From a virus (lineage: Duplodnaviria > Heunggongvirae > Uroviricota > Caudoviricetes), in the IMG/VR virus record IMGVR_UViG_3300042381_000885: a DNA stretch of 64,000 bases; one strand, 5' to 3'. Below, in pieces: positions 10,674 to 20,177 of this stretch. How positions within the stretch are numbered: the first letter of the stretch is position 1; the number at the start of each line of letters is the position of its first letter. The notes below the pieces were generated by a model. It was not told the DNA's origin and searched no databases. It worked only from the letters and a program-made list of their open reading frames with translations. The position numbers and the translations under genes are program-made.

Positions 10674-11453
10674 ATGGGTAGAAAAAAGAAATTGTCCTTC
10701 AAATTAAATCCTGAGTGGATGTTGAAGGAACCATTAGATTTTGAATATAACAAATATACTTTGTTAGATTATATTCAAAAATGTGAAAAAGGATTTGACA
10801 AGTTGGAGATTTATCCTGACTTTGTTGAAATTTCATTGCACTTAGCAAATTTACAATCATTAGTTAAAGAAAATACATTATTATTAACAAATAAGAAATT
10901 TGAATCTTGTGATGATGAAATTTTAGTTAAGGAACTTACACCGAAAAAACCAAGGGATTTAACGAAAGAAGAAGAAGAGGAACTAGTAAAAACTTTAAAG
11001 TTCTCGAATTCAAGATTATTTGATGCATTTAATATTGCAAAATCAATATGGAATTTGGCTTACGACAATATTGACTTGTATATCAAGAAGAATAGAAAAT
11101 CAATTGCAACTGGACATGGTTATGTTTTTTATCATAATAAATTAGATACAAAAATATTCGTATGGGAATATGAAATTAAAAAATCTAAAGAAGACAGACA
11201 TAGCCATAAAACATATGTTACTTCGATTTATAGTGGTTCTTCAGAAGATTTACTAGTCCCTGAAATAATCGAAGCCTTTTCAACTTGGAATCAAACGGAT
11301 TATTTTAAAGACCTCCCAATATTTGAAATACAATCTTCACAAAATTTTCCAATGGAACAAACTTTAGTTCCTATCATGAAGAGAAAACTTACTTCATATA
11401 TTTATCAAATTGTTAATTCAGAAAAGTTAAATAACTTTGACTTTGAAAAATAA
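10674..11453 (+). CDS. hypothetical protein
   Basis: 259-aa ORF in the operon. Confidence 0.7.
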   Translation: MGRKKKLSFKLNPEWMLKEPLDFEYNKYTLLDYIQKCEKGFDKLEIYPDFVEISLHLANLQSLVKENTLLLTNKKFESCDDEILVKELTPKKPRDLTKEEEEELVKTLKFSNSRLFDAFNIAKSIWNLAYDNIDLYIKKNRKSIATGHGYVFYHNKLDTKIFVWEYEIKKSKEDRHSHKTYVTSIYSGSSEDLLVPEIIEAFSTWNQTDYFKDLPIFEIQSSQNFPMEQTLVPIMKRKLTSYIYQIVNSEKLNNFDFEK

Positions 11454-11471
11454 TTTGATTATTATTCCCTT

Positions 11472-11681
11472 GTGGGATTTAACAAAAGATATATAACAAA
11501 ACAATCATCTTTAGAGGCTCTCAACTGTAATGGATTAAAACTCTATTATGGTCGGGCCGATACGATGATATTTGAAGATGACCTTAGTGAAATCATTTAT
11601 GACTTATACTTGTCCGGGAAACCCGAACAGGAAATACTAAACATTATTAATTTAAACACGGAAAAAGATGAAGTGCATTAA
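11472..11681 (+). CDS. hypothetical protein (GTG start)
   Basis: 69-aa ORF in the operon. Confidence 0.55.
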   Translation: MGFNKRYITKQSSLEALNCNGLKLYYGRADTMIFEDDLSEIIYDLYLSGKPEQEILNIINLNTEKDEVH

Positions 11682-11898
11682 AACAATTAAAAAAACCAAC
11701 TCAAGAGAGATTGGAGAAGTAATCAGAACTGAAGAAAAAGATGCTGACATAAGAGTGAGTACAGGTGTTTGGGCGTATTGTCCAAAGAGTGAATGGAAAG
11801 CGTTAACAAGGAGAGTTAAACCTGTTATTAAGAAAGAAACTGAAGAAGGTTCTGAGGATAAACCTATTACCAAAAGAGGTAAGAATAATATTCAGTAA
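11668..11898 (+). CDS. hypothetical basic protein
   Basis: 76-aa ORF overlapping the upstream gene. Confidence 0.55.
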   Translation: MKCIKTIKKTNSREIGEVIRTEEKDADIRVSTGVWAYCPKSEWKALTRRVKPVIKKETEEGSEDKPITKRGKNNIQ

Positions 11899-11903
11899 TT
11901 ATT

Positions 11904-12122
11904 ATGACTAAAGAAATGGTGAACAACCCTGACCATTATGGGGGCGTAGATAACCCATATGAGGCTATTAAGGTGATAGAAAATTGGTCTTTAGATTTTC
12001 ATTTGGGTAATACTGTAAAGTATATCTCAAGGGCCGGTAAAAAAAATCCTGATAAAGAAATTGAAGATTTGAAAAAAGCGATGTTTTATTTGGATAGAAA
12101 GATAAAAAATTTAGAAAAATGA
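11904..12122 (+). CDS. DUF3310-like protein
   Basis: VNNPDHYGG...EAIKVIE...FHLGNTVKYISRAGKK...EDLKKAMFYL. Confidence 0.85.
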   Translation: MTKEMVNNPDHYGGVDNPYEAIKVIENWSLDFHLGNTVKYISRAGKKNPDKEIEDLKKAMFYLDRKIKNLEK

Positions 12123-12565
12123 TATATTATTTAGTCGGACAACCTCACGCTGGTAAGACCACATTGTCCAAATTATTAAAAGACCATTTATCCTCGCAAA
12201 ACATTATTCAAATAGATGGGGATGATATCAGAGACATCTTTCAAAATAAAGATTACTCTGAAGAAGGTAGAAGAAAAAATATTCAAAGAGCTCAAGACAT
12301 TGCAACGTTTTTAAATGTTAAGGGGTTTAATGTCATAATATCATTAGTTTCACCTTATAAAGATTTGAGGGATGAATTAAAAGAAAAAAGTGAAGTAGTT
12401 GAAATTTATATTCATACAACGGATATCCGAGGTAGAGAAAATTTTCATGTTGAGAATTATGAAAAACCAACTGAAAATTATATAGACATTGACACCACAG
12501 GTATTTCTGAATTCGATTCAATTGGTGAATTAATAGATAAAATTGACGAACATATTAGTAAGTAA
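12119..12565 (+). CDS. cysC: adenylylsulfate (APS) kinase-like P-loop kinase
   Basis: GQPHAGKTT, IDGDDIR, YSEEGRRKNI, VIISLVSPY and YEKP. Confidence 0.8.
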   Translation: MIYYLVGQPHAGKTTLSKLLKDHLSSQNIIQIDGDDIRDIFQNKDYSEEGRRKNIQRAQDIATFLNVKGFNVIISLVSPYKDLRDELKEKSEVVEIYIHTTDIRGRENFHVENYEKPTENYIDIDTTGISEFDSIGELIDKIDEHISK

Positions 12566-12975
12566 TGGAAAATTGGGAAAGAAAAAAACACGTACAAGCT
12601 GCGTTTGCTTCATCATCAACAAATAAAAAATATTCAATGTTTGTTGGAAGATGGCAACCATGGCACCATGGACACAGAGCCTTGATTGACCAACAACTTA
12701 ATTTAGACAAAAATGTATTACTTTGTGTAAGAGATGTTGAGATTGACGATAAAAACCCATTTTCGACTGAATGGGTTGTGAATAATTTAAACAATGAATT
12801 AAAAGAATTAATTGAAGAAGGTCGATTGGTAATTCAAGTCATTCCGGACATTGATAGTATTAATATTGGTCGAGGTGTTGGATATGATGTAATTGAACAT
12901 TTCCCACCGGATGAGATTAAGAATATTTCTGCAACCAAAATTAGGGAACAGATGAAAAAGGATGGTAAGTTATGA
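12565..12975 (+). CDS. HIGH-family nucleotidyltransferase (cytidyltransferase-like)
   Basis: FVGRWQPWHHGH and ISATKIRE. Confidence 0.8.
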   Translation: MENWERKKHVQAAFASSSTNKKYSMFVGRWQPWHHGHRALIDQQLNLDKNVLLCVRDVEIDDKNPFSTEWVVNNLNNELKELIEEGRLVIQVIPDIDSINIGRGVGYDVIEHFPPDEIKNISATKIREQMKKDGKL

Positions 12976-13268
12976 CAGTAGATATTGACCAATACGCGGA
13001 AGGTGCGGTTTTATTAGATGGGTTAGAGGACGCAATTATTGGGATTGTTGAGGATTTTGGTTCTCCGGGAAGAAAAATGTTATATTCTAAACCAAGAATA
13101 TTACACATCCTACAAGAAAGAGATTTAATGACTTATGGTGAAGCTGAAGAGTTTTATGATTATAATATATTAGGTTTATATGCGGGCGAATTAACACCAG
13201 TATTTTTAGATTTAGAGATTACACCAATAAAAAAAGAAGATGGTTGGGAATACCAATTAATAGAATAG
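12972..13268 (+). CDS. hypothetical phage protein
   Basis: 98-aa ORF, translationally coupled. Confidence 0.65.
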   Translation: MTVDIDQYAEGAVLLDGLEDAIIGIVEDFGSPGRKMLYSKPRILHILQERDLMTYGEAEEFYDYNILGLYAGELTPVFLDLEITPIKKEDGWEYQLIE

Positions 13269-13269
13269 T

Positions 13270-14121
13270 ATGATAGAAACAGGAAAGATTATAAATGGTG
13301 AGTGTGTTGAGGTTATGGGAACATTTCCTGAAGGTTGTGTGGATTTAGTGGTGACTAGTCCTCCATATTCAGTTAACATCAAATACGATGTCTATAACGA
13401 TAGTATTCCAATGGATGAATATTGGGATTTTACAACAAAATGGTTAACTGAAGCGTATAGAGTATTAAAGGATGACGGAAGAATTGCTATCAATGTTCCA
13501 ATAGAAGTGAATGTTCAAGAAAGAGGTGGGAGAATACTATTCAACGCTGAATTTTGGATGAAGATGAAGGAAGTCGGGTTTAAGTTCTACGGGATGGTTG
13601 ATTTAACTGAAGATTCACCACATAGAGTGAGACAAACCGCTTGGGGTTCGTGGATGTCAGCATCCAGTCCCTATATCTATAACCCAAAAGAATGTATTAT
13701 ATTGGCTTATAAGAAGACAAGTAAAAAATTAACCAAAGGTGAATCTCAATGGACGGGAAACCCAACTAAAGTAATTCAAGAAGACGGAACCATTAAAAAT
13801 AAAATGGTTTATAAAGATGAGGATAAGAAAGAGTTTATGAACTTGGTTTTTGGAAGGTGGGAATACTTTGCAGATACTAAATCATTAACCAAGGCAACAT
13901 TTAGTTTAGACATTCCGAGCAAAGCGATTAAGATATTATCTTATAAGAACGATATTGTTCTTGACCCCTTCATGGGTAGCGGGACTTCGGCGGTCAGTGC
14001 TGAAACGTTGGGCCGCAGATGGATTGGAATTGAAGTATCTCCGGGTTATTGTGAGGTCGCAAGAAATAGAATTAAAAATTTTATTAGAGAACGAGAACAA
14101 ATTGAATTAGAATTAAAATAG
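13270..14121 (+). CDS. N4-C/N6-A DNA methyltransferase, beta class
   Basis: VVTSPPY near the N-terminus and VLDPFMGSGT near the C-terminus. Confidence 0.9.
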   Translation: MIETGKIINGECVEVMGTFPEGCVDLVVTSPPYSVNIKYDVYNDSIPMDEYWDFTTKWLTEAYRVLKDDGRIAINVPIEVNVQERGGRILFNAEFWMKMKEVGFKFYGMVDLTEDSPHRVRQTAWGSWMSASSPYIYNPKECIILAYKKTSKKLTKGESQWTGNPTKVIQEDGTIKNKMVYKDEDKKEFMNLVFGRWEYFADTKSLTKATFSLDIPSKAIKILSYKNDIVLDPFMGSGTSAVSAETLGRRWIGIEVSPGYCEVARNRIKNFIREREQIELELK

Positions 14122-14145
14122 AAAAGGGTCGTAAGACCCTTTTTT
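14122..14145 (+). terminator. intrinsic terminator
   Basis: AAAAGGGTC-GTAA-GACCCTTTTT. Confidence 0.8.
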
Positions 14146-14178
14146 TGTTTGTATTGATATTTATAATTAAAATAAAAA

Positions 14179-15237
14179 ATGAAGAATATCATTATAACAG
14201 AATCTCATTTGAAATCCATCCAAGAAAGATATATCGGTGGGGAATCATTATATGATGAAAACACCCAAATGTTAAACGAAGAATGGTGGAACACTCTTGG
14301 AGATGTTGTGGGTATTTTCGACCCAACAGGAGTTGTTGATTTGGTTAATGGTCTTGATTATATTCGTCAAGGGGAATATTTATTTGGGTTTTTGTCTATG
14401 ATAGCAATTGTTCCTTATGTTGGAGATGTAATTGCCAAACCACTTATGGGGGTATCGAAAGGTAGTAAAGCTATGAGAGGTGTAAATGAGGCGATGGGTA
14501 TTGTAAAAAATGGGGGTAATGTTGCAGACGCTAGTAAAATATTATCTGATGCAGGAAAGGCTTCACCACTATTTAGTAAATTGTTAAACACTTCAATTAG
14601 TTGGGGAGGTAAATTAAGACAAATTATTGATAGAATCCCTGGCGGAAAATTAACTGCGGGGTTAAGAAAAACATTAATAGATTGGATTGACCTTTTTACT
14701 GGTGTAGCTAGACAAAGAAAAAATGTTACTAAAGTAACTGCAAATTTTGCTAAAAGAATTAAAGCGGCTGACCCGGCAACTGCAACTGCATTGGTAAAAC
14801 AATTAAAAACACAGTTAGGTAAAAGTAGTAGGACATTAAGAGATTATAAAATGACTGACCCTTCATTTATGGCTAAATATGTTTGGCCTGGAGTTTCACT
14901 TAGAAATAGAGAATTAACCGGATTAATGAGAAAAACTAAATTCTATGCGGGATTGCTTGATTATTTGGGTGTTGGAAACTTTGTTGGACCTGAAGAATTA
15001 TCTGAAAAGATGGGAGAAGAGAATGTAAAACAAAAAATGATTGAATATTCAAAAACTCAGGAAGGTCAGAAAAATTGGGGTGAAGATATGAGTGGAGTGT
15101 CACAAGAAACAACTACACCAACACCTCCTGCACCTCCCACACAACCAAGTTCGGATAATGGTATTAAAGACGACCCATTTAATCAAATGTTGAAAGGGAT
15201 TCTTATGGGTAAATTAAACCCAATACCGGGAATGTAA
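14179..15237 (+). CDS. protein with pre-toxin TG-like segment
   Basis: DVVGIFDPTGVVDLVNG...GEYLFGFLSMIAIVPYVGD. N-terminal MKNIIITES tag. Confidence 0.55.
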   Translation: MKNIIITESHLKSIQERYIGGESLYDENTQMLNEEWWNTLGDVVGIFDPTGVVDLVNGLDYIRQGEYLFGFLSMIAIVPYVGDVIAKPLMGVSKGSKAMRGVNEAMGIVKNGGNVADASKILSDAGKASPLFSKLLNTSISWGGKLRQIIDRIPGGKLTAGLRKTLIDWIDLFTGVARQRKNVTKVTANFAKRIKAADPATATALVKQLKTQLGKSSRTLRDYKMTDPSFMAKYVWPGVSLRNRELTGLMRKTKFYAGLLDYLGVGNFVGPEELSEKMGEENVKQKMIEYSKTQEGQKNWGEDMSGVSQETTTPTPPAPPTQPSSDNGIKDDPFNQMLKGILMGKLNPIPGM

Positions 15238-15265
15238 TATATAAATAATAATAAAAAAAATACAC

Positions 15266-15613
15266 ATGACAAAGATTATAAGATTAACTGAATCAGATTT
15301 AACAAATATTGTTAGAAGAGTTATTGAAGAACAAATGAATACTCAATCACCGATTGATATTCAAATGACTAAAATTAAACCTGAAATGGGTGGAAAATAT
15401 TGTTTTGGGAACCCACAACGAATGAAATCAACTTACGGAAATAATGTTGTATTACATAAAGTTAGAACTGGTGATACATTAAGTGGTATTGCATCGAAAT
15501 ATCCTGGTGTTAGTAGTGTTGACGAAATAATTGCAACTAATAAAAGTTGTCAATTATCAAAAGGGTTAAAAGGTGGGGATGTGATTGCTATTATAATGAC
15601 ACCTTCAGTGTGA
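15266..15613 (+). CDS. LysM domain protein
   Basis: HKVRTGDTLSGIASKY...EIIATN...LKGGDVIAI. Confidence 0.8.
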   Translation: MTKIIRLTESDLTNIVRRVIEEQMNTQSPIDIQMTKIKPEMGGKYCFGNPQRMKSTYGNNVVLHKVRTGDTLSGIASKYPGVSSVDEIIATNKSCQLSKGLKGGDVIAIIMTPSV

Positions 15614-15892
15614 TATGAAAAAAAGTGAATAACGTTAAATCAGAACGATTAAAGAAAAATGTTTAAGATTATAAAGTATCGATGTAGGGGTTTCCATATA
15701 TCGGCAACAACATTATCTTTCAATACAATTGAGGTAGTATGTTCAAACATAGGTCTTATGGTAGATATACCCCATTTAGAAATAATCCTGATGAGGGTTT
15801 TTTTATTATGTCGTAGCCATTGGGTTTTGTTCAAGTATCTTGTAATCTTTTCAAGAAGGGGAAGAAATACAAGAACACCTGAGGGGCAAAAA

Positions 15893-16240
15893 TTAGAGTA
15901 AGTATTCTATAACATCACCCGCTTCGATATTTAAATATTCACAGGTTCCACCTTCAAGTTCTAGTACGATATTACCGTTACCACAATAACTTGAACATTC
16001 TTCACCTTCACATGGAGGACAGTTGTGGTGGATATTTACAATAACATTATTACGGATGATTATGATATCCAAATTGGTTATACAATTCTTCATCCAAAAA
16101 CATTGTTTGTTACCTCCCATTAGGAATAACAAACCTTCAAAAGATTTGTCAAATGTTTTTCCCATCATGCCAATCGCTTGAGATTTCTTATCAATTAGGG
16201 TTTTGACTTTGAAGATATTTTGATTAATTTTTACATTCAT
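15893..16240 (-). CDS. DUF192-like protein
   Basis: GMMG...GLLFL...FWMKNCITNLDIIII...VLELEGG. Confidence 0.8.
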   Translation of the reverse strand: MNVKINQNIFKVKTLIDKKSQAIGMMGKTFDKSFEGLLFLMGGNKQCFWMKNCITNLDIIIIRNNVIVNIHHNCPPCEGEECSSYCGNGNIVLELEGGTCEYLNIEAGDVIEYLL

Positions 16241-16252
16241 AACAATAAATAT

Positions 16253-16675
16253 ATGGAAATTACAAGGTATGCTGGTGTTTTAGTAAAATGTGGTGATAAA
16301 GTTTTACTATGTAAGAGAAACGCCAAAGGATTATATCCCGGAATGTGGTCATTACCCGGAGGTCATCTTGAAGATGGGGAGACAACAATGGATTGTGCAA
16401 AAAGAGAACATTTCGAAGAAACGGATATTGATATTGACGATTACGATTTAACCTTTATCGGTGTTGTACCAAGGACAAATCGTGACGGTACGAAAATCAG
16501 GGGTATAATGTATGTTTATCAATTGGATACTGATAAAGAATTAAAGCCTGATTTTGATAATGCTATGTCAGGTGATGAACATAGCAATTGGGAATACTTC
16601 ACACTCAATCAAATCAAACCGGAACAGACCGGAGTGAACTTACACAAACTTATTTCGATAGTAATGAAAAAATAA
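16253..16675 (+). CDS. NUDIX hydrolase
   Basis: Nudix box WSLPGGHLEDGETTMDCAKREHFEETDI. ATG at 16253. Confidence 0.9.
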   Translation: MEITRYAGVLVKCGDKVLLCKRNAKGLYPGMWSLPGGHLEDGETTMDCAKREHFEETDIDIDDYDLTFIGVVPRTNRDGTKIRGIMYVYQLDTDKELKPDFDNAMSGDEHSNWEYFTLNQIKPEQTGVNLHKLISIVMKK

Positions 16676-16738
16676 TTCATTTTTTATTTGGAGGTACCAA
16701 AATTAATAGTATCTTTGTACTCACAAAACGATAAAGAT

Positions 16739-16993
16739 ATGGCTAAAGAGAAATTGTATAGAAGTGTTAACGGAGAGTATTTGTACTTATTCAATTGGAT
16801 AGGTGGAGGATTTAATGATGTGTGGGCTTCAAGTAAAAGGGAGGCTTATGCTAAGGTGATGAGAGAAAGAAGAGAAAGTGCGAAGAAATATCCAACACAT
16901 GTTAAGTTGACTCCGGACTACAATTCAATGAGGAAATGTACCTACACTGAGTATCAAGCGCAAAACCGAATGGGATGGATGATGTCAATGTAA
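16739..16993 (+). CDS. hypothetical protein
   Basis: ATG downstream of a TTTG-N19-TATCTTTG promoter (16687-16717). Confidence 0.65.
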   Translation: MAKEKLYRSVNGEYLYLFNWIGGGFNDVWASSKREAYAKVMRERRESAKKYPTHVKLTPDYNSMRKCTYTEYQAQNRMGWMMSM

Positions 16994-17442
16994 ATGAGTT
17001 AAGTGGGCAAGGTCCTATAACGGCTTACAATAAATTCTTTAATGGTAAGATATACGACGGATACAAAAATGTAAATGGACTTCCCTTTATAGTTTCTTTC
17101 CGGGTGAGAACAATAACATTAGATTATGGCGGTGGATATCGAATTCGGTGTGATATATTATCTTTACAGTATGATGGTGAGAATAAGATTAACACTTCTA
17201 AAATGAATCTTTTACAGTCCTACATTAAGAGAGAACTGAAGAGTGATTTGAATTTGTGTTCGATAGATAATGAAGATATTGTTATATCAAACCGAAATAA
17301 GTTTGAATATGAACTTCCTAACAAAAATATTTTACTTGGAGGTGATTATAGTCTTTATGAGAAAAGTATTAGTAAGTATTCTTATACTTCACCTAAAGAT
17401 GAGATTAGTAGACTAACAGGTTACAAATTAAAAATTTATTAA
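16975..17442 (+). CDS. hypothetical protein
   Basis: 155-aa ORF. Confidence 0.55.
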   Translation: MDDVNVNELSGQGPITAYNKFFNGKIYDGYKNVNGLPFIVSFRVRTITLDYGGGYRIRCDILSLQYDGENKINTSKMNLLQSYIKRELKSDLNLCSIDNEDIVISNRNKFEYELPNKNILLGGDYSLYEKSISKYSYTSPKDEISRLTGYKLKIY

Positions 17443-17698
17443 GATATGACGGAATTAGGGGACGCATTCTTTACGGGAGTTATTGTGGGAATTGTTTTAG
17501 GAGTTGTGTTAATGGTTGGATTAGTGTCCAATAATAAAGAGAAATAAAAACTACTTGAGTAAGTGGGAGTGGTCAATCAACAACCCAAAGAAGTTTCAGG
17601 TAAAACTATATATAAACGGGATGGCTGCGCCCATATAGGTAATAAGGAAGTTAATGGTTTTTAGGGGGATTGGACTAGTTTTTAACATTAACGAAAAT

Positions 17699-17792
17699 AG
17701 TCAGGTTGGATACAAGGTCGGTTCGAGTCCGATGGAAGGTTATGGATGACGGGTAGCTCCCTGTAGAGAGGTTCGATTCCTCTCCTGACTAC
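17699..17792 (+). tRNA. tRNA-like element (pseudo-tRNA, no assignable anticodon)
   Basis: Acceptor AGTCAGG/CCTGACT+A and T-arm AGAGG-TTCGATT-CCTCT. A second T-loop-like hairpin TCGG-TTCGAGT-CCGA sits where the D-arm should be. Confidence 0.55.
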
Positions 17793-17806
17793 AAAGATTA
17801 AATTAA

Positions 17807-18088
17807 ATGGAATTACCAACGGATTACACAAAACTAGCGCCTAAACAAAGAAGAGAGGTTAGGATACAATACATAAAGGAACAGAACAATCTGTGTATGT
17901 ATTGCGGGGAGACTTTAGATGAGGTTGCACCCAATAGAATAACAGGTAAACCGATTAATTGGAAGTTGTTCCCGGAGGGATTTTTACAACATCCGATACA
18001 TCTTCAACATTGTCATAAAACAAATATGACCGAAGGTGCGGTACACGCTTATTGTAATGCTGTTTTATGGCAATATGAGGGAAGATAA
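17807..18088 (+). CDS. small zinc-binding His-Me finger (endonuclease VII/HNH-like) protein
   Basis: CMYCG...HLQHCH...GAVHAYCN. Confidence 0.6.
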   Translation: MELPTDYTKLAPKQRREVRIQYIKEQNNLCMYCGETLDEVAPNRITGKPINWKLFPEGFLQHPIHLQHCHKTNMTEGAVHAYCNAVLWQYEGR

Positions 18089-18159
18089 AAAAAAACAAGA
18101 ATTTAGTTGTTATATTAAAAAAAGTATTATCTTTGTGCCATAAAAATAAATAAAAAATT

Positions 18160-18675
18160 ATGATTTCAGAAGAACAATTTTTGTTAGGTTTGATGATTAC
18201 ATTATCAATTGGTTTAGTGGTTTTATTCAAAAAGTTAGATACAGATGATGAATTTCCATCATTCTTACGTTGGTCTTGTGCGATTGTTAGTTCATTGTTA
18301 TTAATAATTGCCATCTTCCCGATTGTTAGATGGATTGATTCTGATAGTACTGAGTATTACTCACGTAGAGTTAACATCCAATCAATTAAGAATAGTGATG
18401 AGGTTGGAGGACATTTTATGTTGGGTTGTGGTAATATAGAACAGACAGAGTATTACTACTACTATTACAAATCAGTGGAAGGTTATGTTAGAGGTAAGAA
18501 ACCGGTTGATGAGACTTTTATTGTTGAAACAACAAATGATAAACCACACGTTGAGGTTAAGATAACTCATTATGAATCAAAGTCGGGGTTATTTAGATAT
18601 TTGGATGTGGAAAATAGTAAATATAAAATAATTGTACCCAAAGGTACTGTTGTTAATAGATTTGAGGTATACTAA
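18160..18675 (+). CDS. membrane protein, 2 predicted TM helices
   Basis: Two N-terminal hydrophobic segments. TATCTTTG promoter at 18128. Confidence 0.65.
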   Translation: MISEEQFLLGLMITLSIGLVVLFKKLDTDDEFPSFLRWSCAIVSSLLLIIAIFPIVRWIDSDSTEYYSRRVNIQSIKNSDEVGGHFMLGCGNIEQTEYYYYYYKSVEGYVRGKKPVDETFIVETTNDKPHVEVKITHYESKSGLFRYLDVENSKYKIIVPKGTVVNRFEVY

Positions 18676-18683
18676 ACTCAGAT

Positions 18684-18758
18684 AGTCATGATTATAAGGT
18701 CGAGCTCTTTTAGAGTGGATGGGACTTATGTCTGTGGGTTCGAGTCCCACCATGACTA
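18684..18758 (+). tRNA. tRNA-like element, top half intact and D/anticodon arms degenerate
   Basis: AGTCATG/CATGACT+A acceptor and GTGGG-TTCGAGT-CCCAC T-arm, 75 nt. Confidence 0.5.
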
Positions 18759-18894
18759 CAAGGGGTGTTGGTAGCTCCTGACGGGTTTAGACGTGTAACT
18801 TTCCCTCCAACAACCAACCTTGTAATTATTTACACGCAATTGGATTAATATAGAAACAACTCTTCGTAAGGTTATCAGATTAAACGTTACAAAC

Positions 18895-19038
18895 AGTCAG
18901 GTGGCGGAAAGCTTATAATGTGAGAAATCCTGTTATAACGAGGTAGACGCTCACAGGTTGGTATTGTAAAAGAGGGTTTAACCTCCATCTCCACGTTTTA
19001 GTGGTTATACCTTACAGGTTCGAGTCCTGTCCTGACTA
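18895..19038 (+). tRNA. tRNA-Leu-like element with D-loop insertion and expanded anticodon/variable region
   Basis: AGTCAGG-TG-GCGGAA...GGTAGACGC D-arm halves split by an insert of about 30 nt. ACAGG-TTCGAGT-CCTGT T-arm and CCTGACT acceptor. Confidence 0.55.
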
Positions 19039-19052
19039 CTAAACAAAACAAT

Positions 19053-19289
19053 ATGCCACACACAGAAACATTTTTTGTATCGACAAAGAGTAATAAAGTT
19101 AAACCTGTTAATGAAAACCCAACTTCATACTTTAATCCCGATTCGAAAAGTAAAAATTTAGGAAAAGCGAAGTATATTATTGAGGTATTTGGTTATAATC
19201 ATCAAAAAGTTGCTGAGGAAATCCGTGATGTTATTGATGAAAAACGATTAAGTGATAAATTATTTCGTATAAGAGTAGAAACAAGATAA
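19053..19289 (+). CDS. hypothetical protein
   Basis: 78-aa ORF between tRNA-like genes. Confidence 0.5.
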   Translation: MPHTETFFVSTKSNKVKPVNENPTSYFNPDSKSKNLGKAKYIIEVFGYNHQKVAEEIRDVIDEKRLSDKLFRIRVETR

Positions 19290-19294
19290 ACAAT

Positions 19295-19381
19295 AGTCAG
19301 GTGGCGGAATTGGAGAGACGCAACTCTATTAAGGAGTGGAGATGAAATAAACTCATACAGGTTCGAATCCTGTCCTGACTA
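19295..19381 (+). tRNA. tRNA-Leu-type (class II), anticodon probably TAA but arm is non-canonical; no encoded CCA
   Basis: AGTCAGG-TG-GCGGAATTGGAGAGACGC, long variable arm, ACAGG-TTCGAAT-CCTGT, CCTGACT-A. Confidence 0.65.
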
Positions 19382-19656
19382 CGAATTAAAAAAAAAAATA
19401 ACAAAGGTATTGACTTTTGGTGATGTTATGAGATATTTATTATCTCACGGTTCGAGAGAACCAAAACACCCCAACAAAAGTTTCATAAAAAATTTGATAG
19501 TAACAAAACTATTACTTACCTTTGTGAAACATATATCCCACAGATGTATGTTCGAGAGAATTTATGTATGTGGGTTTTTTTTTTGAAAAAAGTTTGATTG
19601 GTGTTTGGATATTAAAAATAAAGTATTATCTTTGTACTCGAATTAAAACAAAAAAC

Positions 19657-20007
19657 ATGAAAGACATATTATTGGTAATTGTATTGAGATTATTCTTTTT
19701 CACTGTAATAGTATCTTTAGTAAGTTGTAGTCCTGACTATATTCCATCATCTGATGAGGTACAACACACCATTCATATATCAAATGAAGGTAAACCTTTT
19801 GAGTATTGGTTGAATAAAGTTCACTACGATAGTGAGGGACAAGAGATAAAAGTAATAGTGGATTCAGGTACTCAAATTACTCTCAGTGCTATAGTTCCGG
19901 TTATTAACGGAGTTTCAATTAGTCCTAACTTTCAAGTATACCAAGATAGTAGGATTGTGGAGTTAAAAAAAGTTACAATAGGGTTCTTTTGGTATAAAGT
20001 AAAATAA
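19657..20007 (+). CDS. putative lipoprotein
   Basis: Signal peptide ending LVSC. Promoter TTTG-N19-TATCTTTG at 19604-19634. Confidence 0.6.
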   Translation: MKDILLVIVLRLFFFTVIVSLVSCSPDYIPSSDEVQHTIHISNEGKPFEYWLNKVHYDSEGQEIKVIVDSGTQITLSAIVPVINGVSISPNFQVYQDSRIVELKKVTIGFFWYKVK

Positions 20008-20098
20008 TTAAAAAAAAAAAGTGTTAAAGTTTTTGACAAATCAAAATAAAAGTTTTACCTTTGTCGAAGAAATAAAGTTCTTAAAAATATTGAAAGAT

Positions 20099-20177
20099 TA
20101 GTGTGGGTGTTGTGTCGAGGTTTCAAGTCCCTCCGGATTCATCCGTAGCTCAGATGGTAGAGCATACACCCACATTA
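20099..20177 (+). ncRNA. circularly permuted tRNA mimic (YrlA/Y RNA-like)
   Basis: Order is T-arm (20117-20133), capped acceptor hairpin CGGA-TTCA-TCCG, TA, D-arm GCTC-AGATGGTA-GAGC, all closed by a 12-bp terminal stem. Confidence 0.7.

Noticed and set aside
692-14121. Restriction-modification system
   Set aside because: Two MTases but no adjacent restriction endonuclease; orphan anti-restriction methylases are ordinary for large phages.
18762-18820. Additional tRNA or ribozyme after 18758
   Set aside because: Only an imperfect hairpin (GGTGTTGG/CCAACAACC); no T-loop or ribozyme core.
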